Positions 48,487 to 57,505 of a DNA stretch of 64,000 nt are shown in pieces. The DNA comes from a virus (Duplodnaviria > Caudoviricetes): the IMG/VR virus record IMGVR_UViG_3300032038_000028, positions 48,853 to 112,852 of that record; one strand, 5' to 3'. Position 1 is the first letter of the stretch. Each line of letters begins with the position of its first letter. Made by a program: the position numbers and the translations under genes. Below the pieces are notes generated by a model. The model saw nothing but the letters and a program-made list of their open reading frames with translations, did no database searches and was not told where the DNA came from.

Positions 48487-51042
48487 ATGCAGGCGCCGCC
48501 GCTGTACATTGTCCGGTCGATTGATCTGAGGACGCTGGTCGCCAATGACTACGTGCTCAACATTTCGCCGGAGGAAGAAAAGAAATACCTGATCAAGCAG
48601 GCGGACAGCCCCTATCTGCGGCTGATCAGGCAGGTGACCGGGGTGACGTCAAGATATAACCCGTTCATCATCTTCGTTGACATCAACTACCACAAGGACA
48701 TCGCGCTGGTGATCTCGACGCTGGTGCGGAACGGGATCCGGGTGCGGGGCAGGAAGTTTGTGATGGCAGAGAGGAGCGCGTCCATGGTTCGCCAGGGCGT
48801 GCTTTCTTTTATCGACGCCGGGATCGCGGACATCATGCTGGAAAAGGTGACTATGGGGCTGAGCATCGGTGAAACGGTGCTCAGCAAATGGTACGCCTAC
48901 CGCGGCCTGCTGCTGAGCTCGGCTCACTGCGTGGAGGACTACCTGCCGAAATTCATTGTGGTGCCGGACTGGATGACGACCGTCAGCAATCAGCACATCC
49001 GGTACCTGTACGATGATAAAAAGACCTACGTCAACCAGGAAGGGAAGTCCTTCGAGTGGACGCAGAAGAACGTGGCCAGCGACATCCGCGACATCACGAT
49101 TAACGCGTTCGACGGCATGGGGATCATGCACAGGAACATCGCGGCCGAGATCGAGCGACGGACACACAGCACCACGCCGATCACCACCTGTATCTTTCGC
49201 GCCCCCTTCATCAAGGGCTGCCTGCATGCGATCGACTACGAGGCGTTCTTTGAGGAGCGCGGGGTTGAGTACATTCAGGATATCTGGGGCAGATACCACA
49301 GCGTCCACGATGAAATGGTTATCCTGACGGAGAGCATGTATAAGGGCCTCAAGTATTTCAAGCTTTATGGTGACAGTCGGGACTGGGATCGGTACTGGGA
49401 TCTGTTTCAGAAGTACGGCCACTGCATTGCGATCGCCCGGACAAACTTCACCGAAGACGAAGAGCCGGTGTACACCCGGAGCAACTATCAGATTTTGCAG
49501 ACGATGGATCTCCCGTATGCGGATTTCAGGCGTCTGGCGGATGAGAGTGTATACTGGATCAACAAGATCGTGGACGGCGACGAGCTGTACACCAAGTGCT
49601 TCCTCGGGATCGTGGACGGCAAGTGTAATGCCCTGAACCCGTACGTGGCAGCCATTGCGAAGAATGACGACATGATGCGGGAGCCGACGATCAGGCGGTA
49701 CGTGATCTCGCTGGTCGAGAAGTACATGGACGACATGAAGTGCGGGAAGCTGTACATCAAGTCATGCTTCAAGTTCGCCATGCCGGACATGATCGCCTTT
49801 CTGGAACACATCGGCGGCCTGCCGGTAAAAGGTGTGCTGGGGCCGGACGAATTCTGGACGCAGGCAAAGTATGTGAAGTACGACGGCGAATATCTGGTGA
49901 CGCGCAACCCGCACATCTGCAAGTCGGAGAACGTGGTGCTCAGGCAGAACAACGACCCGGAGATCCTGAAGTGGTGCGGGCATCTGACCAACGTGGCGAT
50001 GGTGAATGTAAAGAGTCTGGTAGCGCAGAGATTGAACGGGATGGATTTTGACGGGGACATCATCCTGATCAATGACCACCCCCTGATGCTGCAGGGGTCA
50101 GATAAGAACGCGCTGATCACCATTGACGTAGAGGACAAGGTGACGGCGTTGGCCGAAGAAGACACGGAGATCGGACGGATCGCCCTGATCTCCAGAACCA
50201 CGAAGAACATGATCGGCGAGTTCAGCAACTACGCCAGCGTGTATCTGAACCGCATCCCGCAGAAGGAAGAGCAGAAGAAGCGGTATGACGATTTCCTGTC
50301 GACGATCAGCGTGACCGTCGGAAAATCCATTGACTACGCAAAGACCGGGGTGCTGTACCCCATGCCGCGGGTGATCAGCAAATACGGCCGGCCGCTTCCA
50401 TACTTCATGCGCTACCGTTCACCCTACTACGCCAGACAGCAGCTGGCCCGGGCACCGAGCAACATGAACCGGCTGTGCTGGGAGCTGGAGCGGTGGGAGC
50501 GTGGGATACGCTGGAAGAAGGAAGGCCGGTTCGACTGGCATCTGATGTATGATGACAACGTGACCTACACCAACGAACAGTTTGAAGCAGTGGAAAAGCT
50601 CTTCCTGGATTTCTGCGCGGAGGTATCACGCGTCCAGAAATATCAGGCGTTGGTGCGGAAGTATCAGGCGAAGGATATCCGGGAGAAGTACACGAGGGCG
50701 GAAGCGTCCTCCTATATCGCCGATTGGGACAGCCTGTACCGGCGGTATAAGGAGCTGGGAAAACAGGTCTGCCCGGACGAGCGGGTGCTGGCCAACATCG
50801 GTGTGATCTTGACGTACGTCAAGTATAAATCCCGGGGAAAGAAGTTCCCGTGGATTGTGGCGCCGGACGGGCTGATTCAGAACATCCGCCCGAAAGACCT
50901 GATGTATATACCGGAACAGTGCGACGACGGAGCGTGTACCTATCTGGGCAAGCCGTACAAGCTGGTGCCCAAACTGGCGGATGATCTGGAGCTGAGCCTG
51001 GAGCCGGATATTTTTGATGATCTGGAGGGATGGAATGGTTGA
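48487..51042 (+). CDS. yonO: YonO-like single-subunit two-barrel RNA polymerase
   Basis: SASMVRQG, AFDGMG, RAPFIKG, VTRNPH, catalytic NGMDFDGD and IDYAKTG; upstream of SPbeta-like head genes. Confidence 0.88.
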   Translation: MQAPPLYIVRSIDLRTLVANDYVLNISPEEEKKYLIKQADSPYLRLIRQVTGVTSRYNPFIIFVDINYHKDIALVISTLVRNGIRVRGRKFVMAERSASMVRQGVLSFIDAGIADIMLEKVTMGLSIGETVLSKWYAYRGLLLSSAHCVEDYLPKFIVVPDWMTTVSNQHIRYLYDDKKTYVNQEGKSFEWTQKNVASDIRDITINAFDGMGIMHRNIAAEIERRTHSTTPITTCIFRAPFIKGCLHAIDYEAFFEERGVEYIQDIWGRYHSVHDEMVILTESMYKGLKYFKLYGDSRDWDRYWDLFQKYGHCIAIARTNFTEDEEPVYTRSNYQILQTMDLPYADFRRLADESVYWINKIVDGDELYTKCFLGIVDGKCNALNPYVAAIAKNDDMMREPTIRRYVISLVEKYMDDMKCGKLYIKSCFKFAMPDMIAFLEHIGGLPVKGVLGPDEFWTQAKYVKYDGEYLVTRNPHICKSENVVLRQNNDPEILKWCGHLTNVAMVNVKSLVAQRLNGMDFDGDIILINDHPLMLQGSDKNALITIDVEDKVTALAEEDTEIGRIALISRTTKNMIGEFSNYASVYLNRIPQKEEQKKRYDDFLSTISVTVGKSIDYAKTGVLYPMPRVISKYGRPLPYFMRYRSPYYARQQLARAPSNMNRLCWELERWERGIRWKKEGRFDWHLMYDDNVTYTNEQFEAVEKLFLDFCAEVSRVQKYQALVRKYQAKDIREKYTRAEASSYIADWDSLYRRYKELGKQVCPDERVLANIGVILTYVKYKSRGKKFPWIVAPDGLIQNIRPKDLMYIPEQCDDGACTYLGKPYKLVPKLADDLELSLEPDIFDDLEGWNG

Positions 51043-51664
51043 CGAAATGGCGGAAGCCAGAAAGTATTTGAGCGGGCAGCAGCTCGAGCAGAAGGGAAAT
51101 CTGTATCGCGCCTGTTATATGGTCGCCAAGTACTACAAGCAGCTCGGCTGTGACGAAGAGGCGATCTTTCAAAAGACAGCCGAGTGGGTCAGGACGTACA
51201 ACCTGACCCTCGGCTTTTCTCTGGCCGGATGTATCGCCGCGGCGTATATGAACGATAGGGAACTGCGCAACGGAAATGTCGTCCGCATTTCCAAAGAGGA
51301 TGCGGACACCATTCGGCTGTACGCGTTAAACAAGGCAGACAGACGGGTGGCCCTCGCGCTGCTGTGCTGTGCGAAAGGCTATGCAGGATCCGACGGTTCG
51401 TTTGTGGCCAGCAGCGGCGCCATTGGCAGTTGGCTTGGGATGGACGCTGGTAATGTGCGTAGCCGTTATATCCCAAGGCTTGTTAAGATTGGTTATATCG
51501 AAAAGCTCCCGACGCAGGAAACAATTCGCGGCTGGCAAAAAAACTATTACCGCAACGCTTACAGGCTTCGCTTGAAAGTGCCGTATCGTGATGACGGGGA
51601 ATGGGAGCTACGCAACAACGATATCCGGACATTGTATACACAGGTTTTCGATGAGCCGTTTTAA
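51035..51664 (+). CDS. RNAP-coupled hypothetical protein with possible winged HTH
   Basis: Overlaps the RNAP stop; SSGAIGSWLGMDAGNVRSRYIPRLVKIGYIE. Confidence 0.7.
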   Translation: MVDEMAEARKYLSGQQLEQKGNLYRACYMVAKYYKQLGCDEEAIFQKTAEWVRTYNLTLGFSLAGCIAAAYMNDRELRNGNVVRISKEDADTIRLYALNKADRRVALALLCCAKGYAGSDGSFVASSGAIGSWLGMDAGNVRSRYIPRLVKIGYIEKLPTQETIRGWQKNYYRNAYRLRLKVPYRDDGEWELRNNDIRTLYTQVFDEPF

Positions 51665-51689
51665 CGCGCCTGTTATTGGGTAGGAAATA

Positions 51690-51744
51690 ATTATGCGTCA
51701 GTTGACCTGCGTCACTTGACCCGCGTCAGTTGACCTGCGTCATC
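51690..51744 (+). repeat. 14-bp tandem repeat GCGTCAGTTGACCT (about 3.5 copies)
   Basis: GCGTCAGTTGACCT GCGTCACTTGACCC GCGTCAGTTGACCT GCGTCA. Confidence 0.92.
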
Positions 51745-51775
51745 TCCTGCCACTAAGCTGAACTACGGAGGCTAT

Positions 51776-51943
51776 ATGATCAGAATCGACAAGGATGAAG
51801 CGGCTTATCTGCGCGAACGGTTTCCGGATGTAACCATTACCCGGACGATGAAGCAGAGGAGCAAACGCCACCGCTATTACGTCGAGGAATCCCGAAAGGT
51901 CCTTGGCGCGCTGGATAAATACAGAAGGGGTGGTGTACGATGA
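51776..51943 (+). CDS. small basic protein (55 aa)
   Basis: GGAGG SD; MIRIDKDEAAYLR...KRHRYYVEE; below the ORF-track cutoff. Confidence 0.7.
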   Translation: MIRIDKDEAAYLRERFPDVTITRTMKQRSKRHRYYVEESRKVLGALDKYRRGGVR

Positions 51944-52599
51944 AGAAACTTGACGGAGAAATCATGCTGCCGGTCATCCAGACGTGCGGCAGTCTTGCGA
52001 ACATGCAGCTCCCCGACCCGGAGCTTCTGCAGGATTACCGGGACGACGCCCGGAGGGTCTACTGGCTGGACGACGAGATCACCGCAATGGACAACCTGTT
52101 CATCCGGCGCCTGATCGACTGGAATCAGGAAGACATCGGCAGGCCTCCCGAAGAGCGCAAGCCTGTCTATCTGATGATCGACACGCCCGGCGGGGCGCTG
52201 GATACGACGTTCGCTCTGATCGACGCGATTCAGGCCAGCCAGACGCCGGTGATCGGCGTGGTCAACGGCATCGCCTACAGCGGCGGCTTCTACGTGCTAC
52301 TCGCCTGCAACAGGCGGCTGGGCATGAAGCACAGCAGCTACATGATGCACCGCGGCAGCGGCGAAGTCAGCGCGCCTGACCAGCGGGCTGCCGAGATGTT
52401 CATGAAGCAGTGGAGCTCTCAGGTGAAGACGCTGACCGACTACGTGGTGGATCGTACGGATATGACATCCCGCGAAGTCAAGAAAGCCATCGACACGGAT
52501 ACCTACTATTCTGCGGACGAAGCGCTGAAGAAAGGCATCCTGACTGACCTGATCAGTTCCTACGACGTGCTGCTCGAAGATATGGCCAGTATTGAATAG
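51940..52599 (+). CDS. clpP: ClpP-like protease
   Basis: IDTPGG, AYSGG (Ser), MMHRG (His), DTYYSADEALKKG. Confidence 0.92.
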   Translation: MKKLDGEIMLPVIQTCGSLANMQLPDPELLQDYRDDARRVYWLDDEITAMDNLFIRRLIDWNQEDIGRPPEERKPVYLMIDTPGGALDTTFALIDAIQASQTPVIGVVNGIAYSGGFYVLLACNRRLGMKHSSYMMHRGSGEVSAPDQRAAEMFMKQWSSQVKTLTDYVVDRTDMTSREVKKAIDTDTYYSADEALKKGILTDLISSYDVLLEDMASIE

Positions 52600-52658
52600 A
52601 GATCGCGCCAGCCGGGAATACTCCCGGCTGGCATCCTGTAATATGGGGGTGAGCGCTT

Positions 52659-53459
52659 TTGGGCGCACGCAAGTCTCTGCCCCGGACGGAGCCCGTCGTT
52701 GAACGCGCACCTGAGAATCTGGACGGGCATGTGTTCTACGGGCTGGCAAAAACAATGGACGATGATCAGCGGAAGTTCAGAGATTTGATCTGGGACGCAG
52801 TTGCAGGAAACGGGAAGAAGCTGATCTTTGTCAACAGCAGGGCCGGCACCGGCAAAACGACTATCGCTGTAGCGACATCCATGCTGCTGGTGGAGTACGG
52901 GCTGCTGGACAGGATCATCTACCTGTCGGCCGCAGGCACTTTTGAGGGCAAGCAGGGTTACCTGCCCGGCGACCTCGCCATGAAATCCCAGTACTACGCC
53001 ATGCCATGCGTACAGGCGCTGCTGAAAATAGGAAAAGATCCGATGCGCACCGTGGACTACGGCGGCATGATGGACAGCGGGGCGACAGACGCCACTGTCT
53101 TCTGCATGACGGACACCTTCCTGCGGGGTGTAAACCTGAACAGCCCGGACCGCGGAGAACGGACGGCGCTGATTGTAGATGAAGCGGAAAACTATACGGC
53201 CGAGCGACTCAAGACCGTGCTGACACGGTTCAACGACGAAGGCGGGGTCTGCATTGTGATCGGACACGACGCTCAGTGCGACCTGCCGGGATATGAGGAG
53301 AGCGGCTTTGCATCATACAGAAAGCATTTTGAGGGGAGCGGGCTGGCGGCCTACTGCGAGCTGAACAGGAACTATCGCGGACAGATTGCCACCTGGGCCG
53401 ATGAGCTCCCGATAAGGAGAAAGCATGACAGACATCACACTCAAAAGGATGCCGGGTGA
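52659..53459 (+). CDS. phoH: PhoH-like ATPase
   Basis: AGTGKT, GYLPGD, FLRGVNL, IVDEAEN, VLTR, IGHDAQCD. Confidence 0.9.
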   Translation: MGARKSLPRTEPVVERAPENLDGHVFYGLAKTMDDDQRKFRDLIWDAVAGNGKKLIFVNSRAGTGKTTIAVATSMLLVEYGLLDRIIYLSAAGTFEGKQGYLPGDLAMKSQYYAMPCVQALLKIGKDPMRTVDYGGMMDSGATDATVFCMTDTFLRGVNLNSPDRGERTALIVDEAENYTAERLKTVLTRFNDEGGVCIVIGHDAQCDLPGYEESGFASYRKHFEGSGLAAYCELNRNYRGQIATWADELPIRRKHDRHHTQKDAG

Positions 53460-54618
53460 AACGGAAACCCAGTTTGTGTACCGGCTGGCGTCTGCCCGGG
53501 AAGACGGGCTGCTGGATATGACGTGGGACGATCTGGCTGAGGTATTTAACCAGGAGCTCGGGAAAAACCAGTGCAGCTCTGCCTACCGCAAACCCTTCCA
53601 GAACGCTCAGCGGTACCGGGACGAAGTCTTCGCCGCCGAGGATAACGCCGCTGTACTTCAGAAGATCAGGGAGGAGCGGCAGGAGATCTACAAGCAGCGG
53701 ACGCTTCTGCGGGACGAGAGGAACGAGTACAACCGGCAGCTTCGCGAGGATGCCCGGAAGGGGAACTTTGTGGCGCAGCTGGCCGCCGCCATGGTAGACG
53801 TACCGCCAATCACGATCAGCCAGTGCAGGCTGGACGGGGCACAGGAGACGGAGGTCGTCGCCTGCCTGTCGGATATGCACACCGGGCTGACCACGGACAA
53901 CGCCCAGAACGTGTACGACGAGAGCGTGCTGCACAGCCGGCTGGAACACTACGCCGCCGAGCTGGCAGACATTCAGCAACGGCACCACGCCGGACGTCTG
54001 GTGCTGGCCCTGCTGGGCGATCAGATCAGCGGGAGCATTCACACGGCGCTGATTGCGAAGAACACCATGAACACCGTGCAGCAGCTGAAGCTTGCCTGCC
54101 GGGAGATTGCCGAGTTCATCCGGGCGCTGACGGAGTACTTCCCGAAGATCTCCGTATACAGTGTCTCCGGGAACCACAGCCGGGTGAACAGTAAAAAGGA
54201 AGACAACCTGCCCGGGGATAACCTGGACAGTCTGATCCCCTTCTATCTGAAGGCCGTGTTTCAGGACAGCAGCAGGGTGGAAATCTGCTGGGACGAAAAT
54301 GTGCTGGACGAATACTCCAACGCCTTCGTCTCCTGCGGCTGGCAGTTCGTGATGATGCACGGCGATCTCGACGCCCCCGATAGGGCGACATACAACGCCA
54401 CGCAGCTAATCGGGTACATCCCGGACGTCATCCTCGTCGGCCACCGCCACAACAGCGGACTGCTGACGGAGGGGCGGACACGGGTGGTGCAGACGGGCTG
54501 CCTGTGTGGGACGGACGACTACGCCTACAACAAGCGGCTGTTTGCGCCGCCGGAGCAGAGCGTGGTGATCGTTTCGGACAGAGCACCCATTGAGTGCCTG
54601 TACAACGTGACGCTGTAA
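53425..54618 (+). CDS. calcineurin-like metallophosphoesterase (YonJ-like position)
   Basis: SDMHTG, LGDQISG, GNHSR, MHGD, GHRH. Confidence 0.9.
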   Translation: MTDITLKRMPGETETQFVYRLASAREDGLLDMTWDDLAEVFNQELGKNQCSSAYRKPFQNAQRYRDEVFAAEDNAAVLQKIREERQEIYKQRTLLRDERNEYNRQLREDARKGNFVAQLAAAMVDVPPITISQCRLDGAQETEVVACLSDMHTGLTTDNAQNVYDESVLHSRLEHYAAELADIQQRHHAGRLVLALLGDQISGSIHTALIAKNTMNTVQQLKLACREIAEFIRALTEYFPKISVYSVSGNHSRVNSKKEDNLPGDNLDSLIPFYLKAVFQDSSRVEICWDENVLDEYSNAFVSCGWQFVMMHGDLDAPDRATYNATQLIGYIPDVILVGHRHNSGLLTEGRTRVVQTGCLCGTDDYAYNKRLFAPPEQSVVIVSDRAPIECLYNVTL

Positions 54619-54681
54619 AAAGGTTAGAGCCAGACACGCTGAGCCATCGCGGATGCGAACCACGTCTGGACATGATAAAGC

Positions 54682-54711
54682 GAGCCCGGGTATATCGCCC
54701 GGGCCTTTTTT
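54682..54711 (+). terminator. intrinsic terminator
   Basis: GCCCGGG-TATATCG-CCCGGGC followed by CTTTTTT. Confidence 0.75.
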
Positions 54712-54729
54712 GATTTTTGGGGGTGCAAT

Positions 54730-55707
54730 ATGCCTGCTGTTCAACCATTAACCAGACCGTCTACGAAGCCGAAGAACACACGGCAGACATCGCAGCTACC
54801 AGACGAAGCTAAGCCGCACCAGTGTTTTATCTGCGGGTGTGTATACCCGAAGCAGCCGGACTTCTTCCCGAAGATCCGGACGAAAATGTACAGAGGTAAC
54901 AACTCCTACGCACCGGTCTGCAGAACCTGCTGCACGCAGTATTACCAGAACTGGCTCAAGGCGTTTGACGGGGACGATAAGAAAGCGATCCGCAGGTGCT
55001 GTGAGTGGCTGAACGTCTATTACGACAGGGATCTTGCCGGGACGTGCGGCGACGGGATCGTCGGCTATCTGGCGGATATGGATAAAAACTGCAAGCCGTT
55101 CATCTACCGTTCGTGGGATGACACGCTGGCAGAGGAAGCGCAGATCGTCGGCTCGGATGTAAACGCCATCATGACTGTGGGCGAAGACAGGTCCCCGGTC
55201 GTCGAAGAGGGCGTCGAGGTATTCGGCGAAGGCTTCCCGGCGGATGCGTACGCAGAGATGCTGCACTCATACCACGGCTATATCGACCCGCTGGGCGATA
55301 CGGTGACGGCGGCGCAGGTGAAGTCTGCCCGTTTTCTGGCGGCGCTGGAATACAGGTGCATGGAAGCCATCAAGGCGGACAAGCCGAATGCGTCCGCACT
55401 GAGCTCTTCGCTGACCCGTGCCATCAAGGAGAGCGGGTTTGATACGGTACAGGCTCCTGAAACGTCGGGCGAAGAAAACATGTACGGCCAGTGGCTGGCC
55501 GACATCGAAGAGTACACGCCGGCCGAGTACGTCAAAAAGCATCCGTACCTGGACGTCGACAACTATGGCAAATACTACGACCGTTTTGTCAAGCGGTCTG
55601 TCGAGAATCTGCTGAACCGGTCTTCCCAGAAGCAGGAAGACGAGCTGTCGATTTCCGACGAGGAGGCGCGTATGCTGGACACGGGTGACGACGATGGGGA
55701 CAAATGA
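54730..55707 (+). CDS. probable terminase small subunit
   Basis: N-terminal CxxC pairs and GQWLADIEEYTPAEY; overlaps the large terminase gene. Confidence 0.6.
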   Translation: MPAVQPLTRPSTKPKNTRQTSQLPDEAKPHQCFICGCVYPKQPDFFPKIRTKMYRGNNSYAPVCRTCCTQYYQNWLKAFDGDDKKAIRRCCEWLNVYYDRDLAGTCGDGIVGYLADMDKNCKPFIYRSWDDTLAEEAQIVGSDVNAIMTVGEDRSPVVEEGVEVFGEGFPADAYAEMLHSYHGYIDPLGDTVTAAQVKSARFLAALEYRCMEAIKADKPNASALSSSLTRAIKESGFDTVQAPETSGEENMYGQWLADIEEYTPAEYVKKHPYLDVDNYGKYYDRFVKRSVENLLNRSSQKQEDELSISDEEARMLDTGDDDGDK

Positions 55708-57469
55708 CAAACTGCTGGACAGGTACCAGCGCAGTCTTGCCGGGCGTTTCCCGGACGGATACCTGAGCGAACAGGAGCACATCAACCGGCTGATCGAATG
55801 GACGGACTTCTACCGGACGAATCTTCACCGGTTCGCCACCCACTATCTTGGGCTGAAGCTGTACGAATACCAGCGGCTCATGCTGTATGAGCTGGGAAAC
55901 GCGCAGGACACGACGGTGATCGCGTCCCGTGCCGCGGCCAAATCCTACGTAATCGCAATCTTTGCCTGCTGCGAGGCGATTCTCCGGCCGCGCAGTCAGA
56001 TCGTCATTGCTGCCGGCACGCTGAAGCAGAGCAAGCTCATCGTCTCGCAGAAGATCGAGCGTGAGCTGATGCCGGTCTCTCCGAACCTCAGGCGGGAGAT
56101 CCTGCAGATCAGGACGCACGGCGACGAGATCGAAGTGATTTTCAAAAACAACAGTACCATTCTGGTGGTTGTCGGCAATGATAACGCCCGCGGCAACCGT
56201 TCGACAATTCTGGTGCTGGACGAGTACCGGCAGCTGAAGAAGGTCATCATTGACTCGGTACTGACCCAGTTTCAGCATGTCCGAAACGCGCCGTACAAAG
56301 ACCGGCCGGAGTATATGGCACTCGACCCGGAAGAGAGCAAGACAGTACAGCTGTCATCTGCATGGTACCGGAGCCACTGGATGTGGCAGGGGATCAAAGA
56401 CAGCGCGGCCCATGTCGCCGCAGGGGACAGGCGCTATGCGCTGCTTGCCTTTTCCTATGAGATATGCCTGTACCACAAACTGAAGACAAGGTCTCAGATC
56501 GCCCGGGACAAACGCAGGATGGATCCTGCGCTTTTTGATATGGAGTACGGTGCGATCATGTGCGGTACGGGCGAAAACGCCTACTACGATTACGAGCTGC
56601 TTGCTTCTGCTCAGACGTGGAAGCAGCCGCCGATTTACCCGCGCCAGAAGATCGACGACCCGCCTCCCAAGAAGGGAAGCTGTCTGCCGCATCAGAAGGG
56701 CGAGATCAGGATTCTGTCTGTTGACTTGAGCTTTGTCACACGCGACGGCAACGACAACACTATCGCGTCAATCATCCGCTGCTTCCCGGAACACCCGGAC
56801 GACAACACGGTAATGTACCGGAAAGTCGTCAGCTACATGGAGTCCCAGCAGGGCGGCGACACGGCAGCTCAGGCCCGCAGGATCAAGGAGCTCTTCTACG
56901 ATACCGAGTGCGACTATGTCGTGCTGGATACCAGATCGGGCGGTATCGGCGTCTACGACATGCTGGCGCGGCCAACCTATGATGACGGCGCCGGTGTGGA
57001 GATGCCCGCATGGCGGTGCATGAACGACGAGAATACGGCCAACCGCGTCCGCGTAGAAGGCGCACAGGATGTGCTGTTCGCGGTGGTGGCAACATCAAAG
57101 CTGAACAGCGACATCGCGCAGTTGATGCGGCGTGAGTTTGTGGACGGCCGGGTGAGCTTGTTGATTCCCTATGACATGGCTACGGATGAGGTGCTGCCGA
57201 AGATCAAGGCGTACACGGATTCTGTGGATATGGAAACCACGATGTTCTACGAAGCCCCGTACATCGAGACGGCTGCTTTCATCAACGAAAGCGTGTCGCT
57301 CAGGTACGACCGGCTGCAGGACACGGGCATCATCAGAATCTCGGAGGTCGGCAACATGACCAAGGACAGGTTCACCAGCGTGAGCTACGGCCTGTACTTT
57401 GCGTCGCTGCTGGAGCGGGATCTGATGTCGATTTCAAATCAGTACGATTATCAATGCATGCTCAACTGA
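55685..57469 (+). CDS. terL: terminase large subunit
   Basis: ASRAAAKSY, ARGNRS, LVLDEYR, LSSAW, nuclease LSVDLS and KDRFTS. Confidence 0.93.
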   Translation: MTTMGTNDKLLDRYQRSLAGRFPDGYLSEQEHINRLIEWTDFYRTNLHRFATHYLGLKLYEYQRLMLYELGNAQDTTVIASRAAAKSYVIAIFACCEAILRPRSQIVIAAGTLKQSKLIVSQKIERELMPVSPNLRREILQIRTHGDEIEVIFKNNSTILVVVGNDNARGNRSTILVLDEYRQLKKVIIDSVLTQFQHVRNAPYKDRPEYMALDPEESKTVQLSSAWYRSHWMWQGIKDSAAHVAAGDRRYALLAFSYEICLYHKLKTRSQIARDKRRMDPALFDMEYGAIMCGTGENAYYDYELLASAQTWKQPPIYPRQKIDDPPPKKGSCLPHQKGEIRILSVDLSFVTRDGNDNTIASIIRCFPEHPDDNTVMYRKVVSYMESQQGGDTAAQARRIKELFYDTECDYVVLDTRSGGIGVYDMLARPTYDDGAGVEMPAWRCMNDENTANRVRVEGAQDVLFAVVATSKLNSDIAQLMRREFVDGRVSLLIPYDMATDEVLPKIKAYTDSVDMETTMFYEAPYIETAAFINESVSLRYDRLQDTGIIRISEVGNMTKDRFTSVSYGLYFASLLERDLMSISNQYDYQCMLN

Positions 57470-57505
57470 CGAGCAGATCAACGAACACAAAGGAGGTGAC
57501 CAGCG

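Larger units (their letters stand above)
42936..48524 (+). other. run of small hypothetical genes
   Basis: Coupled ORFs 42936-43112, 43212-43322 (TM), 43319-43540 (TM), 43528-43890, 43883-44131, 44366-44593, 44872-45294, 45284-45760, 45757-46167, 46161-46712, 47013-47354, 47347-47664, 47661-48080, 48077-48334 and 48324-48524. Confidence 0.7.

Noticed and set aside
48487-51042. RNA-virus-type RdRP or reverse transcriptase (retron/DGR)
   Set aside because: The motif is the two-barrel DxDGD type; no YxDD reverse transcriptase and no TR/VR pair with adenine-specific mismatches was seen
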